Shown one piece after another: positions 8,125 through 15,942 of a stretch of 64,000 nucleotides of DNA. Each line of letters begins with the position of its first letter. Position 1 is the stretch's first letter. A program made the position numbers and the translations under genes. The stretch lies in sequence record OR142618.1; one strand, 5' to 3'. The notes under the pieces were generated by a model. It saw only the letters and a program-made list of their open reading frames with translations. It made no database searches and was not told where the DNA came from.

Positions 8125-8354
8125 CATTATTAAGTCAAATGCAAATGCAAATACAAATTATTCTTATTTGCACAGATCAGACCATCCATTCCAATAACAT
8201 TACTAACTTGGATGAAATGGCTTACTACAATGAACTTTGAATACTAAAAAGTACCTAAGAAGTAATTCCAGTTGTATCTAAAACACTATGTGTTATTATA
8301 CATATAGTGTTTTTATTTCTTATAACTATATTCAATAATAATGGTAAAACATAT

Positions 8355-8678
8355 ATGATTGAAGTAATTAAATGCATTATATGTAATGAATCACCCCGTC
8401 CTGGTGCATTTGCAGCATTTATTACTCAAATGCGTCAAGTAGTAAAACCTCATGCAACTATAACTAGTTGGAATATTCTGCCCGGCATTAATGATGATCC
8501 AACTAGTTATATTCATGCATTCAGTATAAAATCAAAAACAGCATACAATATTAATCAAGCAGTTACCTTATTACTAATGTCATTATATAATGCTAGTGAA
8601 TATAAGACTAGCTACATACCTACTTCGTTTAAAGACTATGAATCTACAATAAAACATTTATCTAAGATCAAACAATAA
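8355..8678 (+). CDS. Hypothetical protein
   Basis: Likely ATG at 8355 (track start 8307); CxxC near the N-terminus. Confidence 0.65.
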   Translation: MIEVIKCIICNESPRPGAFAAFITQMRQVVKPHATITSWNILPGINDDPTSYIHAFSIKSKTAYNINQAVTLLLMSLYNASEYKTSYIPTSFKDYESTIKHLSKIKQ

Positions 8679-8742
8679 CCAGTTGCATATTTACAAATAT
8701 ACATGTATGCTAAAACATATACACAATCATGAGTACATTATC

Positions 8743-8898
8743 ATGACAAAAGAAATTGCTTTTACTGAAGGATTAAAAGCAGGCACTCAAATAAAAGAAG
8801 GCAAAGCTATCCTAACTGACTTCTTTCGATATTTCAATTCCTTACCAACTAATATGAGAACTTCTTTTATCATCGGTATCAAAACCGGTAGAAACTAA
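8743..8898 (+). CDS. Small hypothetical protein
   Basis: TTGCAT-N17-TATGCT promoter upstream; ATG at 8743. Confidence 0.55.
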   Translation: MTKEIAFTEGLKAGTQIKEGKAILTDFFRYFNSLPTNMRTSFIIGIKTGRN

Positions 8899-8985
8899 TA
8901 AGCATATTAATTTTCATATTTTGGTAGACAAGGGTACTCACTGGATGCATACTGTACACATACAGAACATACGGAGTACAAAGGG

Positions 8986-9255
8986 ATGGATGCGCGTAGC
9001 CTGCTTCGCCTGATAGAAGACCTCCCTATAGCTGTCTTCGGCAGCACAATGGATATTGTTCATCGAGTCAATTTTGAAGCTCTGGACAATGCCGCCCACA
9101 CCGACGGGGTAAAAGTCCACGAAGACGGAACCAACCGTTATACGGACGCTTTTGTTGATTGTTGGCTCCGCAGCGTCGAAACAATTTTGGCCTGTTGCGA
9201 TTTTGTGACCGAGGATGCCGCTAAGTGGTATATCGAGCACGGTGTCAAGTTTTGA
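8986..9255 (+). CDS. Hypothetical protein (89 aa)
   Basis: AAGGGA RBS; natural composition. Confidence 0.7.
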   Translation: MDARSLLRLIEDLPIAVFGSTMDIVHRVNFEALDNAAHTDGVKVHEDGTNRYTDAFVDCWLRSVETILACCDFVTEDAAKWYIEHGVKF

Positions 9256-9353
9256 CATCCTCCGCCTCGCCTGCAGATAAAAAGGTTGACGTAGACTAGC
9301 AATGGACACATAATAATTACAACGCAACGCAACTAGCCCTGGAGGGCAAAACT

Positions 9354-9503
9354 ATGTGTAACATTCAATGCATGAACAGCAAAGCCGGCGAGTCCTACGC
9401 ATGGGTTTGGAGCGATAGCGATAGCGATATCTGCTACGAAGTTATCTTCCGGCATGGCCAAGTCCTCACCCAGGTTTGGCTCGGATATGATATTGTAGCC
9501 TAA
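9354..9503 (+). CDS. Small hypothetical protein (49 aa, not in ORF track)
   Basis: TTGACG-N17-CATAAT (9286-9314), GGAGG RBS, hairpin 9512-9536 after stop. Confidence 0.7.
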   Translation: MCNIQCMNSKAGESYAWVWSDSDSDICYEVIFRHGQVLTQVWLGYDIVA

Positions 9504-9552
9504 CACCAACTAAAGCCCCGTCCCAGGCGGGGCTTTACCGAAGGAAAAGATC

Positions 9553-9762
9553 ATGATCGAACAACTGAAAGACATGCTCGTAGCGCAACGCATGCGCATG
9601 AACCAACTCGAAAAACTGCGCTACACCGGACGCGTCGCTAGCGAGTTGCATGCCCACGCCAGGGAATTGTGTGAAGCATTGGAACTGGCAATTGCAAATG
9701 CCCAGTGCCTGGAAATGCGCAAGTGCGAAGAGGGCACCCTGCACGCCCTCTTCGCACAATAA
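9553..9762 (+). CDS. Hypothetical helical protein (69 aa)
   Basis: AAGGA RBS. Confidence 0.75.
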   Translation: MIEQLKDMLVAQRMRMNQLEKLRYTGRVASELHAHARELCEALELAIANAQCLEMRKCEEGTLHALFAQ

Positions 9763-9795
9763 CCCACCGCGCACAACCCGACAAGGAAACTAACC

Positions 9796-10287
9796 ATGAG
9801 CACTACCATCCCCGATTCGATTCATCCGAGTGATCTTCCTGAAATCGGGCTGCCATTAGCCGACGGAACCTTCTTTGCCCGCCAATGGCTCAATGGCAAG
9901 GAATACGCCTACGTCGATCTCGGCAAAAGCGCCGAGTTCACTGGAGAATGGGGCAAGTATGGCCATGACGTGGTCGGCGCCGGCAGCTACCGAGACGGAG
10001 CTTCGAACACGGTCGCTATGGCAGAAGCTGGCAGTCCGATTGCCAAGCAAGCCATGGAGATCGGAGAAGGCGTATTTATTCCCTCTGTTCTGGAACTGGC
10101 TCTTCTGTTCTCCGCCAAGCAAGCAGGCGAGTTGTCTGGTTTCGCAGATCGCTGGTATTGGTCGAGTTCGCAGGACTCCGCTAACGCCGCCTTCAACATG
10201 GACTTCGGCGACGGCTACACAAGCGGACACGTCAAGTACGTCGACTTCCGTGTCCGCCCCGTCCGCAAGATTCTCATCCTTCAGTAA
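9796..10287 (+). CDS. DUF1566/Lcl C-terminal (C-type-lectin-fold) domain protein
   Basis: GASNT..PSVLEL..WYWSSSQ..AFNMDFGDG..K..FRVRPVR motif set; GC-rich codons; AAGGA RBS. Confidence 0.8.
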   Translation: MSTTIPDSIHPSDLPEIGLPLADGTFFARQWLNGKEYAYVDLGKSAEFTGEWGKYGHDVVGAGSYRDGASNTVAMAEAGSPIAKQAMEIGEGVFIPSVLELALLFSAKQAGELSGFADRWYWSSSQDSANAAFNMDFGDGYTSGHVKYVDFRVRPVRKILILQ

Positions 10288-10425
10288 TATAGCCCCGGCG
10301 AGCAAACATTGCTCGGAAGGTGCTAGCTGAACGACTGACGGAACAATAAATAACGGTTGACGTGCGTCTAGCGGCGGATGCATAATAGCTACAAGACAAC
10401 ACAGCAAGCCCCGGAGGGCGCAACC

Positions 10426-10626
10426 ATGTCCCAGATCGTAGATGTCAAGCAAATTGCAATTGATGCAAACCGTCGCCCGGCCTACAATGCGGTCATGGTG
10501 CGCTGGTTGATGCAGGAAGCTGAACTTCACCGTAGCTGCGGTCGCACCGCTACCCTGTTCTGCATCGTTCGCAACCGCCCCGACGGCACCCAGCGCCAGC
10601 TTGTGCAGCTTGTGGCTAGCGAGTAA
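10426..10626 (+). CDS. Hypothetical protein (66 aa)
   Basis: TTGACG-N18-CATAAT (10357-10386), GGAGG RBS before ATG 10426. Confidence 0.75.
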   Translation: MSQIVDVKQIAIDANRRPAYNAVMVRWLMQEAELHRSCGRTATLFCIVRNRPDGTQRQLVQLVASE

Positions 10627-10656
10627 CCTCTACAACCCTACGCCCAGGAGGCCGTC

Positions 10657-10821
10657 ATGAATGCTGTACTGGCTAAACTTCAAAACGAACGCTGTGCAAC
10701 CCTTCGCTTGATGTTGCTCCCAGAGAACCGCGGGTATCGGTTCACTGACCACCCCTGGGCAAAGCAAATCCGCAATCTGCACGACGAAGCCAAGTGCATC
10801 CGCGAACATTACAGTAAGTAA
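10657..10821 (+). CDS. Small hypothetical protein (54 aa, not in ORF track)
   Basis: AGGAGG RBS, open frame to TAA. Confidence 0.7.
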   Translation: MNAVLAKLQNERCATLRLMLLPENRGYRFTDHPWAKQIRNLHDEAKCIREHYSK

Positions 10822-10855
10822 TCCAATCCCACTGGATCTTACTGAGGATAAGATA

Positions 10856-10945
10856 ATGACCTACGCAGAACTAATAAAGAAATTTCATAACATAGAAGCC
10901 GGTCATTATCTTTCCGACATTGAAGTAATCTTTCAGGAACATTGA
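10856..10945 (+). CDS. Micro-protein (29 aa, not in ORF track)
   Basis: GAGGA RBS; MTYAELIKKF... Confidence 0.45.
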   Translation: MTYAELIKKFHNIEAGHYLSDIEVIFQEH

Positions 10946-11010
10946 GTACAACATTAATGAATTGCTGGGCTTCATCATTTATTGACTAGCCTATGCACAG
11001 GAGAACTAAA

Positions 11011-11307
11011 ATGAATTGCGAACATTTTTTCCTCAGTGCAGTAAAAGAACTTCTGTCCCTGTACCACATTAAGAGTACTATTCAACCGTCTTCTGATAAC
11101 CTCGAAGAATTGGTAGTAGTTATTACCGATACTGCTTTCGGTACTATCAGATATGTCGGTAATAACACCGGATCAGTTATGTGTTATACTATGGGCAGTA
11201 ATTACCCGTTGTATGACACTGAATGTTATTCCGACCGAACTATGATAGATTGTGTTATGTTGATATCAGTTTGGTATTCAATGTTCCCGACATTCGATAA
11301 TAAGTAA
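11011..11307 (+). CDS. Hypothetical protein
   Basis: AGGAG RBS before ATG 11011. Confidence 0.75.
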   Translation: MNCEHFFLSAVKELLSLYHIKSTIQPSSDNLEELVVVITDTAFGTIRYVGNNTGSVMCYTMGSNYPLYDTECYSDRTMIDCVMLISVWYSMFPTFDNK

Positions 11308-11563
11308 TATAATGGTTGCCCTATATAGTGTATGATGTTAGTTGTATACTATATAGAACATTTCTATTAACTGGGAGGGATTAATAAAAATATTTTCTTG
11401 ACAATAGCAGGTATAGGATAATTCTATTATACTGAAAATTGTTATAGAAAAATATAGTTGACAAATTTTGAAAGTGATGAATTCCAACACCGGGTGGCTG
11501 TAAGCTGAGACGGTTGACATTCGGTGAGTGGTGGATTGTTACGCGGGTAGATTTTGAAATTCA

Positions 11564-11790
11564 CCGTCTATAGGTTCACTTATGTCACTTATGAGTCATT
11601 TCCGTATATAGGTTCACTTATAACACATATAAGTTACTTCCATTCGCTCATAAGTAACGTTCGATTATAAGTATCTTTTGCTTATATGTTCACTCATAGG
11701 TTATGATAAATCACATTCAATACTGTTACTACACACATTCAAACCTATAAGTCATTTCACTGTATTGTACTGTACTGTACTGTATCATAT
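11564..11790. repeat. Non-coding repeat tract: 20-bp direct repeat, TTCACT/ATAAGT units and a (TGTAC)n run
   Basis: CCGT(C/A)TATAGGTTCACTTAT at 11564 and 11602; further GTTCACT/ATAAGT copies; TGTAC run near 11766. Confidence 0.7.
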
Positions 11791-11959
11791 ATACTTCATA
11801 CAATTTTCTTCTTTATCATGCTGCTAGTAAACAATCTATGTTATTATGCGTAGAAATGTTGTATAGTGTATTATAGTAAGTATAGTATGATTGCTATACA
11901 ATATTCCTAATCTCATATTGTTGTTTAACTTTCCAAATCTGTCTCGGCTGTTCTACTTT

Positions 11960-12124
11960 ATGTCTCATAGTTACGTATTTTCTTTATCTAGGCGTATACG
12001 TAATAAACAAAGTAACTTTATAAAAAATTACTATAACTCATTAAAATGGGTATACGGTGAAAGAAACATTTATAGATATATTACACGATACTCATTATGT
12101 AGAGCACTATATAGAGGCTATTAA
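11960..12124 (+). CDS. AT-rich micro-protein, array 1
   Basis: ATG at 11960 within track ORF 11891..12124; tiled with the next gene. Confidence 0.5.
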   Translation: MSHSYVFSLSRRIRNKQSNFIKNYYNSLKWVYGERNIYRYITRYSLCRALYRGY

Positions 12125-12130
12125 ATAAAA

Positions 12131-12340
12131 ATGAGTGGTATAATAAAAACATCTGTGTATTATAATAATATTAATATATCTTCTTATGTTGCAATTATTA
12201 AACTAGCTACAACATATAGGTTAAAAGAATTTTCACACGTTGGAAATTTAAATATATCTTTAATACGCAATAAAACGTATGTTACATTAAGTGTAAGTAA
12301 ATATGGTATAAAAATTAATGTTAATATTAGAAATATCTAG
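12131..12340 (+). CDS. AT-rich micro-protein, array 1
   Basis: Same-strand tiling. Confidence 0.55.
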   Translation: MSGIIKTSVYYNNINISSYVAIIKLATTYRLKEFSHVGNLNISLIRNKTYVTLSVSKYGIKINVNIRNI

Positions 12341-12485
12341 TAGAATAAGGGTTATACGATATCATACATTCCTTAATGCTAAATATACACTTTTTAGTAG
12401 TATACCGAATTTAAGCATGTATAAAATAGGCATTGATGTTGATGATAACGTTATATCTATAATAGTTTACCAAACATATGAATAA
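12318..12485 (+). CDS. AT-rich micro-protein, array 1 (55 aa, not in ORF track)
   Basis: MLILEISSRIRVIRY... fills the gap and overlaps both neighbours. Confidence 0.55.
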   Translation: MLILEISSRIRVIRYHTFLNAKYTLFSSIPNLSMYKIGIDVDDNVISIIVYQTYE

Positions 12486-12693
12486 AATATTTTTAATTTC
12501 TAACAATATTAATTTAATGAAGTATAACATACTTTACTATTATTATTCTGCTATTGCAGTTAATACACATAAATTCTGGAAGGATAGAAGCTACGATATT
12601 GAAATAACATTTACAGGAGGCAATGCAATTATTCTGGAGTTGTTATTTCTAAATTGTAGAATAAAGGTTAGGAAACAATATGACTACGAATAA
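12478..12693 (+). CDS. AT-rich micro-protein, array 1
   Basis: Overlapping tiling. Confidence 0.55.
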   Translation: MNKIFLISNNINLMKYNILYYYYSAIAVNTHKFWKDRSYDIEITFTGGNAIILELLFLNCRIKVRKQYDYE

Positions 12694-12874
12694 GATGATA
12701 CACTGCTCGCGTATTGTAGGGATGAACAGAATACGAAAATACATTGTTGTATTTTATAAATGTGAGTTTAAAAGTTTATATATACAGCTTAATAACGAGC
12801 TTGGCTATTATGGAAGTTTAAGTTTAATGTATAGAGACTTTGATTCAGATATACTTTTTCGTATAATTCGATAA
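12680..12874 (+). CDS. AT-rich micro-protein, array 1
   Basis: Overlapping tiling; SRI motif. Confidence 0.55.
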   Translation: MTTNKMIHCSRIVGMNRIRKYIVVFYKCEFKSLYIQLNNELGYYGSLSLMYRDFDSDILFRIIR

Positions 12875-12876
12875 TT

Positions 12877-13062
12877 ATGAATATATTTAAAATTAGTGTT
12901 TTATCTTATGAAACAATGCAATTAGATACATTGCTTCGATATATTACAATACCCCAACATGTACCTATAAAGACTGTTTCTATAGTATATTTAAATGATT
13001 CAAAATTTGAAGTATACATTATCTTTGATAATATGAATTATATAATACTCACACATGAATAG
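12877..13062 (+). CDS. AT-rich micro-protein, array 1
   Basis: Shares LSYET with 13055..13282. Confidence 0.6.
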   Translation: MNIFKISVLSYETMQLDTLLRYITIPQHVPIKTVSIVYLNDSKFEVYIIFDNMNYIILTHE

Positions 13063-13282
13063 TATTTTATTAAGATCTAGAATTCTATCATACGAAACTA
13101 TAAATTCTTTTTTTAATATACTCTCGGCTATCAGTAGTAAGCGTAATCATACCTGGTCTGCTGTACGCAGCGTATCGTGCGAGTGTTTCAGAGACAATAA
13201 TTACACACGGGTAAATTTCTCTGTTGAAACCTTTGCAGATAATACATTTATTTTAGCCAAATATAGAAGTAACAAAGCATAA
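13055..13282 (+). CDS. AT-rich micro-protein, array 1
   Basis: SRILSYET; overlaps previous stop. Confidence 0.6.
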   Translation: MNSILLRSRILSYETINSFFNILSAISSKRNHTWSAVRSVSCECFRDNNYTRVNFSVETFADNTFILAKYRSNKA

Positions 13283-13408
13283 CTCTATATTAAATATACA
13301 CTAGGGTGAAGGGTGAATAGTATAAGATTGAAACTTGTATATAAGAAAGTGGATAATACATGATAAAATGAATAAACATGTAGGAATGGGTTATATGTGT
13401 GATTATGC

Positions 13409-13520
13409 TGTAGTGAAGTGTTGGGAGTGAAATGAAGTGGATGAAGTGAAATGAAGTGGATGAAGTGAAATGAAGTGAAGTGAAATGAAGTGGATGAAGT
13501 GAAGTGAAATGAAGTGGATT
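13409..13520. repeat. Purine-rich tandem array of GAAGT/GAAAT/GGAT units
   Basis: GTGAAATGAAGTGGATGAA repeated with variants; almost no C on the plus strand. Confidence 0.85.
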
Positions 13521-13653
13521 ATCTACTAGCACAATTGATTTAAAAAAATGCGTGCTAGCTCCACCATTCTAAAAAAATAAAATCTTGCTATGCGAATGTA
13601 TGCAGTTTTGCTATAATATTATTATATTTAATCTAATATAACGGAATTTTAAA

Positions 13654-14028
13654 ATGATATTTGTTTTTGGTAGTAATGAAGCGGGTCGACATGGCGCTGG
13701 TGCAGCAAAATTTGCACTACAGCGTAAAGGTGCAATCTACGGTATCGGTGTAGGTCATCATGGACAAAGTTATGCAATTCCTACTAAAGATCATAACATA
13801 ATTACACTACCGTATGCTGATATAGAAAAATATGTTAAGCAGTTTTTAGAATATGCGAAAAATAATCCACAATTGCAATTTCAAGTAACCCGAATTGGTT
13901 GTGGTCTAGCAGGTTTCACTGATAACGAAATAGCTCCGCTGTTTGTTACTGCATCGGATAATTGCTATTTCGATAGCGCCTGGTCGCCTTATCTTCCTGG
14001 CAATTTTAAATTTTGGGGAAGTATATGA
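13654..14028 (+). CDS. Macro-domain-like phage protein (A1S_2505-type family)
   Basis: IFVFGSNEAGRHGAGAA..SYAIPTK..FQVTRIGCGLAG motifs; extended -10 TGCTATAAT upstream. Confidence 0.75.
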   Translation: MIFVFGSNEAGRHGAGAAKFALQRKGAIYGIGVGHHGQSYAIPTKDHNIITLPYADIEKYVKQFLEYAKNNPQLQFQVTRIGCGLAGFTDNEIAPLFVTASDNCYFDSAWSPYLPGNFKFWGSI

Positions 14029-14240
14029 ATATAATAGAGAGAATACAAGACTATAATAGTGTTTTTGATAGAATAACAGTCTCATATTTATTGCAATTAA
14101 TATCAGGACCTGAAAAGTTAAATAACTTTGATTTTATCAATATAAAGATAGTAACATATAAAACTAGTGTAACTAGTAAACCTAGTGCAACACTAGAATA
14201 TAGAACATGCAGTTTTCCTATAAAAATAGGATTAGTATAG
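14025..14240 (+). CDS. AT-rich micro-protein, array 2
   Basis: ATGA overlap with the previous stop. Confidence 0.6.
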   Translation: MNIIERIQDYNSVFDRITVSYLLQLISGPEKLNNFDFINIKIVTYKTSVTSKPSATLEYRTCSFPIKIGLV

Positions 14241-14455
14241 TGAATAAACAAACAGAATATATTCACGCATACATCAAGGTATTAAGCGTCTGTTCTATTA
14301 ATAAAATTATTAATAAGCGAGTGAAACATTTTAGTATATACATAACAGAAGTTATTCATGATTTTGATGGAAAATATTTAATTGTGAGAGCTAAATTTTA
14401 TATTGTAGGTATTTACGGTTGTTATAGCAAGCCGGTTATATACAGATGCATATAG
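14240..14455 (+). CDS. AT-rich micro-protein, array 2
   Basis: GTG start overlapping the previous TAG. Confidence 0.55.
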   Translation: MNKQTEYIHAYIKVLSVCSINKIINKRVKHFSIYITEVIHDFDGKYLIVRAKFYIVGIYGCYSKPVIYRCI

Positions 14456-14640
14456 ATATATTAGATTATTCAGCACGTTTCGGCAGAAGGTCTAATGCCG
14501 TATATATGTTAATTTACCTTGCGTTTTTAACGGTTAATAGTAAACATATAAAAATAAAAATAGATAAATCGTCTAGGGTTTTCTTTTCTATAATAGAAAA
14601 CAACAATTTAAGATATAGTATAGGTATAGTATGTCAGTAA
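14446..14640 (+). CDS. AT-rich micro-protein, array 2
   Basis: Overlapping tiling. Confidence 0.55.
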   Translation: MHIDILDYSARFGRRSNAVYMLIYLAFLTVNSKHIKIKIDKSSRVFFSIIENNNLRYSIGIVCQ

Positions 14641-14888
14641 AGGATATACTAATTTTATCTAATTTCTTTAATAAAGAAAAGTCGATTGCATCTATTTGTC
14701 CCATGCTAACAGTAAATTCAAATCTTGCTCCTTTAGAAATGCCGTTCGAAAACATAAAACTTCTAACTGTAAATATACATTTTTCCAAAGCTACCTCAAA
14801 CCACATAAAATATGAGTTTACTTTTGTAACAGACAACACCGTACTTAACAACTTAAATGGATATGCAGTGTATATAAGACATGATTAA
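14631..14888 (+). CDS. AT-rich micro-protein, array 2
   Basis: Overlapping tiling. Confidence 0.55.
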   Translation: MSVKDILILSNFFNKEKSIASICPMLTVNSNLAPLEMPFENIKLLTVNIHFSKATSNHIKYEFTFVTDNTVLNNLNGYAVYIRHD

Positions 14889-15102
14889 ATATTTCGACAG
14901 TGTTACCAATATCCTATTTTTATCCCATTATATTATTGTAAATGATAAACTTATATCTGCATTTGTAAAATTTTACAATACGGATAAAAATAAAGATGTT
15001 AAACCGCATTTTATTATAGTTACAGACTATTATAATAGAATATCGAAAAATATATTTTTCGTAGTAGACGATGCGTATTATGTAACTAGGTATAACGAAT
15101 GA
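14881..15102 (+). CDS. AT-rich micro-protein, array 2
   Basis: Overlapping tiling. Confidence 0.55.
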   Translation: MIKYFDSVTNILFLSHYIIVNDKLISAFVKFYNTDKNKDVKPHFIIVTDYYNRISKNIFFVVDDAYYVTRYNE

Positions 15103-15338
15103 ATTATCATACCAAACTTTTTACATCAGTTAATACATTTTCTATATCACATGCCATGCACTGCAATATATGTAATGCACATTTAGCTAACATAACGTTT
15201 TTATTTTATATTAAAGATGCATATTGTGTAGATTTGCATCACGTTAAGTTAACAACAAAAAAATTGTTTAATAAAGATGAAATTTATATGTTTACTAATA
15301 TAAATTCTTTAAAAATATGTGAAATACGTTGTGTATAA
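15099..15338 (+). CDS. AT-rich micro-protein, array 2
   Basis: ATGA overlap with the previous stop. Confidence 0.55.
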   Translation: MNYHTKLFTSVNTFSISHAMHCNICNAHLANITFLFYIKDAYCVDLHHVKLTTKKLFNKDEIYMFTNINSLKICEIRCV

Positions 15339-15467
15339 CTTTTTATATTATAATAAGTTTTATAGCATGATTGAGAATCATCTAAATTTATGTTCAATGT
15401 ATATACGAATGCCTAATAATCTTACTTATTAACGTACTATTCAGCATTATAGGATTTTATAATTGAT

Positions 15468-15653
15468 ATGTATATAATAGACCTGCAATATTTTTATTCC
15501 TACAAATCTATAATAAAATCCATAATATATATTAACACACATTCCATTAATGTACGTTTTTCATTAATAAAATACCACTACGCATGGCTAGTATATACTA
15601 GTCACGGTCATACATTATTCAACAAAATAATAACAGATAATATTGCTAAGTAA
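15468..15653 (+). CDS. AT-rich micro-protein, array 2
   Basis: Same strand, similar size and composition. Confidence 0.45.
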   Translation: MYIIDLQYFYSYKSIIKSIIYINTHSINVRFSLIKYHYAWLVYTSHGHTLFNKIITDNIAK

Positions 15654-15753
15654 TCGTTTCATATTTGCTTATAAACAAATGTTTACATAATTGTATTACA
15701 TAGTGTATTATTAAGTATTGTTGCAAGGATCGCAACAACGGAGATAACAAGGA

Positions 15754-15939
15754 ATGTTAACAATTTCATCAGTAGAATTGGCATATGTAAATACTACATG
15801 CCTTTTTAGGGCATCTATGTTGCTAAGGGAAATGCCAGGTAGTAATATAAGAGTTTATCTAGGTAAAAAAGTACAAACGATGGTAATGTTGTCACGTACA
15901 TTACCTGTTAAAATTGGATATATTCCGCAGAAGGGTTAA
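15754..15939 (+). CDS. Small hypothetical protein (61 aa)
   Basis: AAGGA RBS, promoter-like sequence upstream. Confidence 0.7.
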   Translation: MLTISSVELAYVNTTCLFRASMLLREMPGSNIRVYLGKKVQTMVMLSRTLPVKIGYIPQKG

Positions 15940-15942
15940 GAA

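Larger units (their letters stand above)
75..8172. promoter_or_regulatory. Dispersed intergenic motif family, core ATTCTTATTTGCA (often TGCAAAT-N7-ATTTGCA), about 16 copies, Fur-box-like
   Basis: Copies at 75, 104, 127, 151(rc), 1058, 1935, 2665, 2697(rc), 3223(rc), 3260, 4095, 4822(rc), 6509, 7196, 7229, 8160; all intergenic. Confidence 0.8.

Noticed and set aside
11564-11621. Repeats containing CCGTATATAGG and GTTCACT, fragments resembling the type I-F CRISPR repeat
   Set aside because: The pieces are in permuted order, lack the CTGCC/GGCAG stem, occur only twice with an 18-bp gap, and no cas genes are present. Not a CRISPR array or a convincing Racr.
13290-13532. Minus-strand 80-aa His/Phe/Thr/Ser-repeat ORF
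   Set aside because: A product of the purine microsatellite; no RBS, and opposite to all neighbouring genes.
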